Assembly (NCBI GenBank): GCA_964635815.1
Contig: CAZWQH010000001.1
Location: 1 to 50,420 of the forward strand
Source: an uncultured Sandaracinaceae bacterium
Lineage (GTDB): Bacteria; Myxococcota_A; Polyangia; Polyangiales; JADJQN01
DNA length: 50,420 nucleotides
Direction: 5' to 3'
The notes beneath the pieces are model-generated. The model worked only from the letters and a program-made list of their open reading frames with translations, had not been told where the DNA came from and ran no database searches. Each line of letters starts with the position of its first letter. Within the stretch, counting starts at the first letter, position 1. A program made the translations under genes and the position numbers. Shown here piece by piece: positions 36,119 to 45,544 of this stretch.

Positions 36119-36407
36119 GCGGTGCTTCCGAAGACCGAACGCACGAAGCTCGGCGGAGACTCGATCGCTAGCGGTTGTTTTCTTGGGCTTGGCCATACCG
36201 GTGTCGGCCATTGTGCTCAAGCCGCGCGTACTTGCTGACATTCGCGCCAGATTCGCTAGAAGCGCTGGCACCGCAACCCGTCATGGCCAAGTCCTGCGAA
36301 CCGAAATTTCGCGTCGTTCGGCGAGAAGCCCGCAAGAAAGCCGCTCGGCCCGGCGCTTGCTGACCGATGATTGGCGCGAAGCGAGTCGCGCGGATTGGGC
36401 CGTCATC

Positions 36408-37979
36408 ATGCGCGCGTTTCAAAAGTACATTTTCCCCGGTTTGCTTGCGGTCGGACTTCCCATGTGTGCCGCGCCGCCCGTCGATCCCATCTTCGACCTC
36501 GCGGATCCTAGTGAACGGGGCGACAGCCTCGCCCATCCGACCGAACTAGATCTCTCAGTCGCTCCCGGTGAAACGAAGTCTGGCGAGATTCGGCTCGTTT
36601 TCGTAGGAGAAAGACTGTCGGCTCGCCTCTCGCAGCGATTCATCTCGTACACGATCGATGTCGATCGTCCGCGATCCGTCGCGCTCGGCTTACGCTCTTC
36701 TCTCGGCCCGCTCCCGCTCATGGCTCGCCACCTTCGCGGGCGAAACGCGAGCGAGTATCGGACCGCGGCAAACTCCGACGGTGTGCAGAGCTTCGTCGCG
36801 CCCATCCATGTGGAGCCGGGAGACCGTCTCATCATCTCCGCTCAGAATCTCGACTCGGATCAGGGTGCGTTCCTGCTGCAGCTCGCGCCCCTCGATCTGA
36901 ACGCCACGGTTCCGTATCGCCAAGTCGCGCGACTGGGCGAAGCGCTATCGCCGCTTTCCATCTCAGGCGACGGTTCGACGACCGTCTTGGGCCTCCCCAC
37001 CAACTCGGATAGTCGCGCCGGTGTGTTTCCGGCAGTTCTGGAAGACTCTGCGTCCCACAATTCTGGGGCAGTGAGTATCTACAAACTCAATGCTGCGGGA
37101 GAGCTCGCTCTCACCGCGTTCATCAAAGCGCCGAACTCCGCTCCCGGTGATTTCTTCGGTGCGTCGGTCGCAGTATCTGCGGACGGTTCAACGATCGGTG
37201 TGCTGGCTCCTTACGAGAGGGGCAAAGCCGTCGGTATCGATGGAGACATGGATTGGAACGGCGCCGTTCCGAATGGTGCGGTGTACGTGTACGCACTCAC
37301 TGCGGGGCAGTACCAGCTCAAGCACTACTTGAAGCCCATCGCGGGTGGATCTCTTCAGGGCCCCCTTGCGATCAGCCACGACGGCAAGAACGTGGCCGCC
37401 GGACAGCAAGTGTTCTGGCTCGGAACCGAGCCGTCTCAGAGCTTTTGCGCGGCCCCACGAGAGGCACTTACCATTCTGCCGGTCATGTTCTCGATCGCGG
37501 GTGGTCGTTTTCTTTTCCGGACGGGTTCACCGACGCCGCGACATTCCTACTGGTCGTGTACTCCCTTTACCCGCGAGTACTCGTACGATGGGGACATGGC
37601 GTACGAGTTCGGTTTTCCCTTGGGCTTCGGAGAGTGGACCGCGGAAAGCGGCTCGCCCTCGTTTTCGGGTCACATCCGCATGTGGCAACACCCGCTAACG
37701 GGATCGTACCGTCCGAGCACGCTCGCGTGGCGTAACGCGGACGGACCCGTGCTCGCCAACGTCGACGGAACGGAGCTGTGGCTCGTCCCTGAGACCGGAA
37801 TCTCGACCCCGTTGACGCTCGAACCGCCTCTCACCACAGGCGTAAGCGACGGCGTTGAGTACACACTCGCACCGATCGCGACGTCGAAGGATTTCGGCGT
37901 TCTGGCGTTTCGATGCGCGGCCGACTGGGTGACAACCGTGGGCCCCAGGGCGGCGGCCATTTGCGTCTACGCCCGCTAG
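36408..37979 (+). CDS. exported FG-GAP/integrin-alpha-like repeat protein
   Basis: The ATG at 36408 gives MRAFQKYIFPGLLAVGLPMCAAPP. Has FG-GAP-like strings GDFFGASVAVSADGSTIGVLAPYE and NGAVYVYAL. The upstream 104 codons of the ORF are Arg-rich and were rejected. Confidence 0.6.
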   Translation: MRAFQKYIFPGLLAVGLPMCAAPPVDPIFDLADPSERGDSLAHPTELDLSVAPGETKSGEIRLVFVGERLSARLSQRFISYTIDVDRPRSVALGLRSSLGPLPLMARHLRGRNASEYRTAANSDGVQSFVAPIHVEPGDRLIISAQNLDSDQGAFLLQLAPLDLNATVPYRQVARLGEALSPLSISGDGSTTVLGLPTNSDSRAGVFPAVLEDSASHNSGAVSIYKLNAAGELALTAFIKAPNSAPGDFFGASVAVSADGSTIGVLAPYERGKAVGIDGDMDWNGAVPNGAVYVYALTAGQYQLKHYLKPIAGGSLQGPLAISHDGKNVAAGQQVFWLGTEPSQSFCAAPREALTILPVMFSIAGGRFLFRTGSPTPRHSYWSCTPFTREYSYDGDMAYEFGFPLGFGEWTAESGSPSFSGHIRMWQHPLTGSYRPSTLAWRNADGPVLANVDGTELWLVPETGISTPLTLEPPLTTGVSDGVEYTLAPIATSKDFGVLAFRCAADWVTTVGPRAAAICVYAR

Positions 37980-38636
37980 TTAGCGTGCCTTTGCCACACG
38001 GAACGTCAGATTGATCCGACAGGATCCGAGTTGATGGTGGTGGCCAGGATCGAGAGGCTTTATGCCGTGATACCGAAGGCGAGCGGTTCCTCCCCACACG
38101 ACAACGTCTCCGTGCTCCAAGCGCGTGCGCACGGTTCGATCCGAACGCGCGCTCCCACCAAACAAGAACACAGCCGGGAGTCCGAGTGAGACCGAGACGA
38201 TCGGTTGCGCGAAGTCCCTCTCGTTCTTGTCTTGGTGCAGCGACATGCGAGCACCGGGTACGTACCGATTGATCAGACACGCATCCGGATCAAAATCGCC
38301 GAACCCCGCTGCACGCGAGGCGTCTCTCGCAAGCGCCGTGAATGCCGCCGGCATGGGTGGCCAAGCCGCCCCGGTGATCGGGTCGGCGGTCGCGTAGCGG
38401 TAACCGCTCCGATCGCTTGTCCACCCGTAGGTTCCACAGCTCGTCGTTGCGACGGACATTTTGAAACCTCCCGGTGTCTCCATGTTACGGAACGGCGCTC
38501 GGTGAGCGGCAGCTTTGATCTCATGAATCAGCTCTTCATCCTGATCGGCCGCGAACCCGCGCAAGACTATGGCGTCCTCAGCGAGGTTCTCGCTTCGCCG
38601 CGGTCGCGTCGGAGTCGAGAAAAGCTCGAGCGTCAC
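37980..38636 (-). CDS. alkB: alpha-ketoglutarate-dependent DNA dioxygenase AlkB
   Basis: Fe(II)/2OG motif LINRYVPGARMSLHQDKNE...IVSVSLG...HGDVVVWGG..RLRYHGI. Confidence 0.9.
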   Translation of the reverse strand: MTLELFSTPTRPRRSENLAEDAIVLRGFAADQDEELIHEIKAAAHRAPFRNMETPGGFKMSVATTSCGTYGWTSDRSGYRYATADPITGAAWPPMPAAFTALARDASRAAGFGDFDPDACLINRYVPGARMSLHQDKNERDFAQPIVSVSLGLPAVFLFGGSARSDRTVRTRLEHGDVVVWGGTARLRYHGIKPLDPGHHHQLGSCRINLTFRVAKAR

Positions 38637-39706
38637 CGAGAGCTCTTTTCATTGCGGAGTAGCTTCCGTTTTCGTTCGAGGCCCCATCGATAGCCCGCAA
38701 GCTCGCCATTTGTTCGTACGACGCGATGACACGGAATCGCGATGGCAATCGGGTTGGCGGCGCACGCACCCGCAACGGCGCGAATGGCATCGGGCTTGCC
38801 TATCCGTTTCGCGAGCTCGCTGTACGTGCAGGTCGAGCCAACCCGAATGCGCGTGAGTTCCTGCCAGACTCTCCGCTGAAACGCCGTGCCCCGAATGTCG
38901 AGCGGAAGATCGAACCGCTGTTTCGGTCGCTCTACGAATGCGATCACGCGCTCGACGATTCGCTCGAACTTCGCGTCGCCTCGAGTCAGCACCGTGTTTG
39001 GAAAACGATCGCGCAGATCGTGAACGAGCGCTCGGTCGTCGTCTCCCAGCAGAACTGCCGTGACGCCTCGATCACTGGCAGACACGAGAATCCTCCCGAG
39101 CGAGCACTCTCCTATGGAGAACTGAATCTGCGTGTTCGCACCACCCGTTTTGAAGCTGCGCGGAGTCATTCCGAGCTCACGGTTAGCGTTGTCATAGAAC
39201 CGACTGCTCGATCCATAGCCGCTCGCGTAAATCGCTTCGGTCACAGTGCGAGTTCTTCGAAGCTCCTCACGGAGGCGTTGGGCCCGCTGCGCCACGGCGT
39301 ACGCGCGCGGCGTGACTCCGACAGCCGCTTTGAACGTCCGCTGCAGATGAAACTCACTCATTCCGATCCGCTCTGAAAGCTCACGGAGCGAAGGGATTGT
39401 GTCGCGCGACGCAATCCAAGCGCATAGGTCCGCGATTCGTGCGGCGAGCGCCTGCCCCGGAGAGGCGTCGCGAGGCTTGCATCGTTTGCATGCGCGAAAG
39501 CCCGCACGCTCCGCATGCGCAGGGGTCGCGTGAAACGAGACGTTCTCGCGTCTTGGCGCGCGTGACGCGCACGAGGGCCGGCAATAGATGCCCGTTGTCC
39601 TTACCCCGAACCAAAACGCACCGTCGGCATCCGGATCTCGCGCGACAACCTGCCCCCACCAGGTGTCGTCGTTCAGAGTCGGTGCTGTTGTCGGATTGCG
39701 GGACAT
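38633..39706 (-). CDS. ada: bifunctional Ada: methylphosphotriester/O6-alkylguanine-DNA methyltransferase and AraC-type activator
   Basis: From ATG 39706: WWGQVVARDPDADGAFWFGVRTTGIYCRPSCASR...CKRC (N-Ada zinc site), an AraC HTH (MSEFHLQRTFKAAVGVTP), and a C-terminal MGMT site IAIPCHRVV. It aligns end to end with E. coli Ada from memory. There is a 4-nt overlap with alkB. Confidence 0.9.
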   Translation of the reverse strand: MSRNPTTAPTLNDDTWWGQVVARDPDADGAFWFGVRTTGIYCRPSCASRAPRRENVSFHATPAHAERAGFRACKRCKPRDASPGQALAARIADLCAWIASRDTIPSLRELSERIGMSEFHLQRTFKAAVGVTPRAYAVAQRAQRLREELRRTRTVTEAIYASGYGSSSRFYDNANRELGMTPRSFKTGGANTQIQFSIGECSLGRILVSASDRGVTAVLLGDDDRALVHDLRDRFPNTVLTRGDAKFERIVERVIAFVERPKQRFDLPLDIRGTAFQRRVWQELTRIRVGSTCTYSELAKRIGKPDAIRAVAGACAANPIAIAIPCHRVVRTNGELAGYRWGLERKRKLLRNEKSSR

Positions 39707-39794
39707 GGAGAAAACGGGAAGCGAGGCTCTCGTGAACATGCGACGAACGTACGCTCCTGAAAAGGCGCAAACACTCCGGGTCTTGCTGTGCAAT

Positions 39795-39810
39795 TCGCGA
39801 GCGCTCGCGA
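39795..39810. promoter_or_regulatory. perfect 16-bp palindrome in the ada / peptidase divergent spacer
   Basis: TCGCGAGCGCTCGCGA lies 29 nt upstream of the ATG at 39840. An Ada-box-like AAAAGGCGCAAA lies at 39760-39771. Confidence 0.3.
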
Positions 39811-39839
39811 CTTCGCGGTCGAGTGCTAGGACCCACGCG

Positions 39840-41855
39840 ATGCCTGCTTCCATGCGATATCGAACCGCGGTTTTCCTTGCCTTCACGTTCGCGTGCGCGT
39901 CCGTTGCGTGCGGCGGCGCGAGCCCGAGCACGACCACGACCACGACGACTGCTGCGCCAATCCCACGCGCCCGTTTCAATCAGCTCGCACTGCGATTGAA
40001 TCTTCCCCTCTTGTGGGCAGATGACACCAACGGAAACGCGGCGCCGGATCCTGGCGAGGTTCGCTCCCTAATCTTCTACGGCTCGAATGCGACCTGGGTT
40101 CAGAACAACGCGTTCACAAGCGAGTACGTAGCTGCGCTCGCCCGCATTCACGCCGAGGCGAACGCGAGTCCGCCGAGTGATCCGCGCCGGGCGCTTGTGG
40201 TCGAAGAGCTCAATCGAACGGTGCCCACGCTCATCGAGACGGATATGTCGAGTGTGCCCGAAGGACACCGCGAGTTCGTGGGGCACATGTTCAATGTCGC
40301 TAGGCTCATGGACCAGCTTTACGCGCGCCAAGTTGGAATGGACGTGCTCCATGCTCGACTCGAACCCGGCGATACTGCCAGCGCGAGCCTATTCCGAAAG
40401 AACTGGGGTCCTCGATGTCTCGGCTCGAGCACCGAGACCCAACCTGCGTGCTCCGCAATCGATGGTGCGCCCAAGCAACTCGTCGACGTGTACCCGGCGG
40501 AGTTGCAAACGTCGGATGGGTTCTGCGCTGATCTTGAAGCGCTCCCAGAAGCCTCACGGCTACTCTCGCCTTTCACGGTGGTGCGTGTAGACGGCGGCGA
40601 CCTCTACGCGGTTCCTTACTCCGAGGCTTACCGAGAGTTCATGGCCCCAATTTCTGCCGAACTTCGTGCAGCCGCCGATGCGATGACGGACCCGAACGAA
40701 ACCGCTCTCGTCACGTACCTGCGCGCTGCTGCGACGAGCTTCGAGACGAACGACTGGGTTCCTGCTGACGAAGCGTGGTCGCGAATGAGCGCGCGCAATT
40801 CAAGTTGGTACGTACGCGTTGGGCCAGACGAAACGTACTGGGAGCCCTGCAGCCAGAAGGCAGGCTTTCATCTGACTTTTGCTCGCATCAATCAAGGCTC
40901 GCTCGTGTGGCAGGATCGACTGTCGCCGCTTCGCGCGGAGATGGAGGGCGCGCTCTCGGCTCTCACGCCTAGGACTTATCGCCCTCGGGAGGTGAACTTC
41001 CAGCTGCCGGATTTCATCGACATTGTCCTCAACTCAGGCGATGACCGCGATGCGTTCGGCGCGACGATCGGACAGAGCTTGCCGAACTGGGGGCCCGTGT
41101 CGGATGACGGTCGCGGTCGCACCGTTGCGATGAGCAACCTCTATACCGACCAAGACAGCCTCACACGACGTCGCGCTCAGGCCTCGACGCTTCTCACCGC
41201 GGAAGCGCTCGCACCGTACACGGACGATCAAACCCCGGCCTTGCTCGCGACCATCCTTCACGAGGCAACGCACAACCTAGGTCCCTCGCACGAGTATCGA
41301 GTTGATGGAAAGACAGACGACGACGCGTTTGGCGGGTCGCTGGCATCGATGCTTGAGGAGCTCAAGGCACAGTCCGGCGGCCTCTTCTTCGTCGAGTTCC
41401 TCCGCTCGAGAGGCATTTTGAACGACGCACAAGCTCGAGAGGTCTACGTCGATTCAATCGTCTGGACGTTCGGTCACGTTTCGCGCGGCATGTACACGCC
41501 TTCTGGGCAGCGAAAGGCGTACAGCCAGCTCGCAGCCGTTCAGATTGGAGTCTTGATGGAGCTTGGCGCGTTGACGTGGGATGCGAGCGCAAGCTCTGCA
41601 GACGGAACTCGCGGAGCGTTCTCGATCGATTACGCAAAGCTGCCGGAAGCGTGCACGGAGCTCATGCGACGGGTGATGGTGATCAAATCCACCGCGGATC
41701 GCGCTGCCGCAGAAGCACTAGCGACTCGTTTCGTCGACGGCGACCGGGTTCCCCATGCCGCGATCGTCGATCGGTATCGCAACTTCCCACAGGCTAGCTT
41801 CGTGTTCAGTGTGCGCTCCGCGCTGGGTTCGCAGGCGCCGCAAACCGCGAACTGA
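39840..41855 (+). CDS. HExxH zinc metallopeptidase-like lipoprotein (M49 / DPP III-like)
   Basis: The ATG at 39840 gives MPASMRYRTAVFLAFTFACASVAC (lipobox) followed by a poly-Thr linker. The zinc motif ILHEATHNLGPSHEY is followed ~30 aa later by MLEELKAQ, which resembles the second M49 motif EExxAE. Confidence 0.6.
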   Translation: MPASMRYRTAVFLAFTFACASVACGGASPSTTTTTTTAAPIPRARFNQLALRLNLPLLWADDTNGNAAPDPGEVRSLIFYGSNATWVQNNAFTSEYVAALARIHAEANASPPSDPRRALVVEELNRTVPTLIETDMSSVPEGHREFVGHMFNVARLMDQLYARQVGMDVLHARLEPGDTASASLFRKNWGPRCLGSSTETQPACSAIDGAPKQLVDVYPAELQTSDGFCADLEALPEASRLLSPFTVVRVDGGDLYAVPYSEAYREFMAPISAELRAAADAMTDPNETALVTYLRAAATSFETNDWVPADEAWSRMSARNSSWYVRVGPDETYWEPCSQKAGFHLTFARINQGSLVWQDRLSPLRAEMEGALSALTPRTYRPREVNFQLPDFIDIVLNSGDDRDAFGATIGQSLPNWGPVSDDGRGRTVAMSNLYTDQDSLTRRRAQASTLLTAEALAPYTDDQTPALLATILHEATHNLGPSHEYRVDGKTDDDAFGGSLASMLEELKAQSGGLFFVEFLRSRGILNDAQAREVYVDSIVWTFGHVSRGMYTPSGQRKAYSQLAAVQIGVLMELGALTWDASASSADGTRGAFSIDYAKLPEACTELMRRVMVIKSTADRAAAEALATRFVDGDRVPHAAIVDRYRNFPQASFVFSVRSALGSQAPQTAN

Positions 41856-42114
41856 CCGCAGCGATCGGGCTCGCGCCGCTGAGCGCTTGGCTCGATCTCC
41901 AGCGACTGTTGCACCAGGATACGGCGTGCTTGGGGAGACGCAGAACCGCCTGCAACCGTCGTGGAGAACCTTCTCGGAATGCGTGGAAGTTCACGGGGTC
42001 GCGAGGTGATTGCGCGGATTGAGTTCGGCAGCGAACCAGGCGACATTCCGGTCTAAACGAGGGCTGGACGTTTCTTTTTTCGCTCGTGGACGCCAATCAA
42101 TAGGGAGGGAAAGC

Positions 42115-42561
42115 ATGAATGCAGAGAAGGTCATCCTCTTGGTGGAGGACAACAAAGACGAGCAGGAGCTCACGCTGCGCGCTTTGAAGAAGAACAACAT
42201 CCTCAACGAAGTCGTCATCGCGTCCGATGGCGAGGAGGCTTTGGATTTTCTGTTTTCGACGGGCTCGTACACAACGCGCGACCCAGGAGCGGCCCTGCCG
42301 CAAGTCGTTCTCCTGGATCTCAATCTACCCAGGATCAACGGTCTGGGCGTGTTGAAGCAGATTCGATCGCACGAGCGCACCAAGCTCATGCCGGTTGTCG
42401 TGCTCACTTCCTCTAAAGAGGAGGGGGACATTTTGAACAGCTACGCGCTCGGGGCGAACAGCTACGTGCGCAAGCCCGTCGATTTCGCGCAGTTCTCGGA
42501 CGCTGTCAAAGCTCTCGGGCTCTTCTGGCTGGTCCTCAACGAAACGGCACCGACGGCGTAG
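42115..42561 (+). CDS. single-domain response regulator (Rcp1/CheY-like)
   Basis: GGGAGGGA precedes the ATG. Sequence runs ILLVEDNKDEQ...VVLLDLNLP (Asp)...VVVLTSS...VRKPVDFAQFSDAVKALGLFWL. Confidence 0.9.
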   Translation: MNAEKVILLVEDNKDEQELTLRALKKNNILNEVVIASDGEEALDFLFSTGSYTTRDPGAALPQVVLLDLNLPRINGLGVLKQIRSHERTKLMPVVVLTSSKEEGDILNSYALGANSYVRKPVDFAQFSDAVKALGLFWLVLNETAPTA

Positions 42562-42601
42562 CAGCCCAGAGACGCAGAAAGAATCTGCGCTTGTTGGAGG
42601 G

Positions 42602-45544
42602 ATGATGGATTCAATCGAACTGAGCAAGGACGAGCTTCGTCTGTTGTTCGAGTCACTGCCGGAGCTGTACTTGGTGCTTTCGCCAAAGCTCATCATCGTA
42701 GAGATGACGGCCGCGTACGCACGCGCGACGCTTATTCATCGCTCAGACGCGATAGGACGGCACATCTTCGATGTGTTCCCGAACGATCCCAATGATGCCA
42801 ACGACGGCGTCCGGAATCTAAGGGCATCACTCGATCGAGTGCTCGCACGACGCGCCGTCGATGCAATGCCCATTCAGAAGTACGACGTCAGAAATCCGGA
42901 GACCGGCAAGTTCGAAGAACGTTTTTGGAGTCCGATCAACTCTCCAATCCTTTCTGGGACCAACGAGATCCGGTACATCCTACACAGGGTCGAGGACGTG
43001 ACCGAGTTCCTTCGAATGCGCGCGCGCGACGCGGAGGTGCAGCGCATCGCTGGCTTGGGAGACGACTCTGTTGAGCCAACGTCCGCTGTATTCACGCGGA
43101 CGCAGCAAGCTGCCGATGCGGCGCGTGAGATCAAAGAATCGAACGCCGAGCTCGAGCGTCTCTACGAACGCACCAAGGAGCTTGATGAGCTGAAAACCCA
43201 GTTTTTCGCAAACGTCAGCCACGAGCTGCGCACTCCCCTCGCGCTCATCTTGGGCCCGGTAGAACAGCTACTTGCATCCACCCGATTGGACGCGCGCGAG
43301 CGCCGCTCACTCAAGCTCGTCGAACGGAACGCTCGCCTGCTCATGAAGCACGTGAACGACCTCCTCGACGCATCGAAGCTCGAGGCCGGAGCGACAAAAA
43401 TCGAGTACGCGGACGTGGACCTGGCGTCGCATGTTCGATGGCTCGCATCGAATTTCGAATCACTGACCGAAGAGAAACGCATCGACTATCGCATTGAGGC
43501 GAGCGGACCGCTTCGCGCTCAAGTCGACCCCGACAAGACAGAGCGGATTCTGTTGAACCTTCTCTCCAATGCGATCAAGTTCACGCCGGACGGCGGCACG
43601 ATCCGATGCACGCTACGACAAGTCGCCTCGCGTGCGGTCATCGAGGTCGCCGACAGCGGCCCCGGCATCGCCGAGACTCAGCGCGAAGCAGTCTTCGAGC
43701 GTTTCACACAGCTTCAGGGCGGAACCACGCGCGAGTTCGGCGGCACGGGTCTCGGGCTTGCGATCGCGCGTGATTTTGCCCGTCTGCACGCAGGCACTCT
43801 TGTGGTCGCGGATTCGCCTGAAGGAGGCGCGCTGTTCACTTTGGAGCTCCCGCTGAACGCACCACCGGGCACGGAAGTACGTCGTTACACCGCGGGCCCA
43901 CATCACGCACGACTCAGCACGCCAAGCCAACCTCCATCGTCGTACGTGCGACCGATCACCGAAGAGCTTTCGCTTCTGGCTGACGAACTGGCTTCCGACT
44001 TGGATCGCCCCCTGATTCTTGTCGTCGAAGACAATCGCGACATGAGCGAGTTCATCACCGGCATCCTGCGAGTAAAGTATCGCGTCGAGGTCGCCTACAC
44101 GGGCGCCAGTGGGCTTGCTCGCGCGATCGATCTGAAACCAGACTTGATCCTCAGCGACATGATGATGCCGGAGATGAGCGGCCACGATCTCGTTCGAGCA
44201 TTACGTACTCACCGCGATCTGGACGGTACGCCGATCATCCTGCTTACCGCCAAAGGCGACGATCAGCTCCGCGTCAGCGTTCTGTGCGATGGTGCGAACG
44301 ACTTCCTGACGAAGCCATTCTCCAACGAGGAGCTAGTTGTGCGCGTGGACACACTCGTACGCTCGAAGAAGGCACACGAAAGGGTGGCCCGACTCAATGC
44401 CGAGCTTACAGCGACGCTCAGGGAGCTCTCTCGTCAGCAGAACGCTGGCCGAGCAACCACACAGTTCCTGGATACGGTTCTCGAGAGCATCCCGAATATG
44501 GTGTTCATCAAGGAGGCCGAGCGATTGGCCTTCGTGCGATTCAATCGCGCAGGCGAGGTCCTTTTGGGCGTTCCGCGACAAGAGCTGATCGGAAAGAATG
44601 ACTACGACTTCTTTCCGAAGGAAGAAGCGGACGCTTTCCAGGCGAAGGATCGCGAAACGCTTCGCAACAACCGACTCGTCGACATCCCGGAGGAGCCCAT
44701 CGAAACAAAGTCGGGGAAGCGATGGCTCCACACGAAGAAGGTGCCGATCGCCGGTCTCGATGGTACCGCCGAGTACCTTCTGGGTATCTCGGAAGACATC
44801 ACCGAGCGACGCGTTGCGGACGAGGCGCTGAGGCGCGCGCGCGACGCCGCGGAAGAAGCGAACCGGGAGCTCGAATCGTTCAGCTACTCCGTCGCGCACG
44901 ATCTTCGTGCCCCGCTTCGGAGCATCGATGGGTTCAGCCAGGCGCTTATCGAAGATTATGGGCATCGACTCGATGAAGATGGAAAGCGCTACCTCACGTT
45001 CGTTCGGGAATCTGCTCAACACATGGCGGAGCTCATCGACGACCTACTTACTCTCTCGCGGGTGACACGCAGCGATCTTCATCGGACGACTATCGACGTA
45101 TCCGAGATCGCGAGATCGGCGTTGACTCGCCTCCAACGCAGCGACTCGACGCGGAACGTAGACATTCAGATCGCGAGTGGTCTGACCGCCGACGCGGATC
45201 CGCGGCTTCTCACGGTCGTATTCGACAACCTGCTCGGCAACGCTTGGAAGTTCACCAGCAAGACTGCAAACGCTCGAATCGAGTTGTCGGCATCCGAGGA
45301 GAATGGTGAACGCGTCTATGCAATTCGCGACAACGGAGCGGGTTTTGACATGCAGTATGCGAACAAGCTGTTCGGCGTGTTTCAGCGTCTTCATTCGGCG
45401 ACTGATTTCGAAGGCACCGGCATCGGACTCGCAACGGTTCAACGCGTGATTCGCCGGCACGGTGGTCGCGTCTGGGCGGAGGGAAAGCCGGAGAACGGCG
45501 CGTCCTTCTTTTTCACCCTAGGGAGGCGCCGCGGCAATGGCTGA
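42602..45544 (+). CDS. hybrid sensor kinase with two complete transmitter modules (PAS-HisKA-HATPase-REC-PAS-HisKA-HATPase)
   Basis: First transmitter: H box NVSHELRTPL (His207), N box LLNLLSNAIKF, G1 DSGPGI, G2 GGTGLGLAI. Receiver: LILVVEDN / LILSDMMMP (Asp519) / LLTAKG / TKPF. Second transmitter: H box SVAHDLRAPL (His766), N box FDNLLGNAWKF, G1 RDNGAGF, G2 GTGIGLATV. PAS-like segments precede each DHp. Confidence 0.9.
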   Translation: MMDSIELSKDELRLLFESLPELYLVLSPKLIIVEMTAAYARATLIHRSDAIGRHIFDVFPNDPNDANDGVRNLRASLDRVLARRAVDAMPIQKYDVRNPETGKFEERFWSPINSPILSGTNEIRYILHRVEDVTEFLRMRARDAEVQRIAGLGDDSVEPTSAVFTRTQQAADAAREIKESNAELERLYERTKELDELKTQFFANVSHELRTPLALILGPVEQLLASTRLDARERRSLKLVERNARLLMKHVNDLLDASKLEAGATKIEYADVDLASHVRWLASNFESLTEEKRIDYRIEASGPLRAQVDPDKTERILLNLLSNAIKFTPDGGTIRCTLRQVASRAVIEVADSGPGIAETQREAVFERFTQLQGGTTREFGGTGLGLAIARDFARLHAGTLVVADSPEGGALFTLELPLNAPPGTEVRRYTAGPHHARLSTPSQPPSSYVRPITEELSLLADELASDLDRPLILVVEDNRDMSEFITGILRVKYRVEVAYTGASGLARAIDLKPDLILSDMMMPEMSGHDLVRALRTHRDLDGTPIILLTAKGDDQLRVSVLCDGANDFLTKPFSNEELVVRVDTLVRSKKAHERVARLNAELTATLRELSRQQNAGRATTQFLDTVLESIPNMVFIKEAERLAFVRFNRAGEVLLGVPRQELIGKNDYDFFPKEEADAFQAKDRETLRNNRLVDIPEEPIETKSGKRWLHTKKVPIAGLDGTAEYLLGISEDITERRVADEALRRARDAAEEANRELESFSYSVAHDLRAPLRSIDGFSQALIEDYGHRLDEDGKRYLTFVRESAQHMAELIDDLLTLSRVTRSDLHRTTIDVSEIARSALTRLQRSDSTRNVDIQIASGLTADADPRLLTVVFDNLLGNAWKFTSKTANARIELSASEENGERVYAIRDNGAGFDMQYANKLFGVFQRLHSATDFEGTGIGLATVQRVIRRHGGRVWAEGKPENGASFFFTLGRRRGNG

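Noticed and set aside
35405-36271. 288-aa minus-strand ORF
   Set aside because: It is antisense to the polytopic membrane protein gene 35372-36118, whose hydrophobic periodicity is far more protein-like.
42061-42090. Possible sigma-54 promoter (CTGGACG...TTCGCT) upstream of the first response regulator
   Set aside because: The GG-to-GC spacing is about 15 nt instead of the required 10-11, so it does not fit the -24/-12 consensus.
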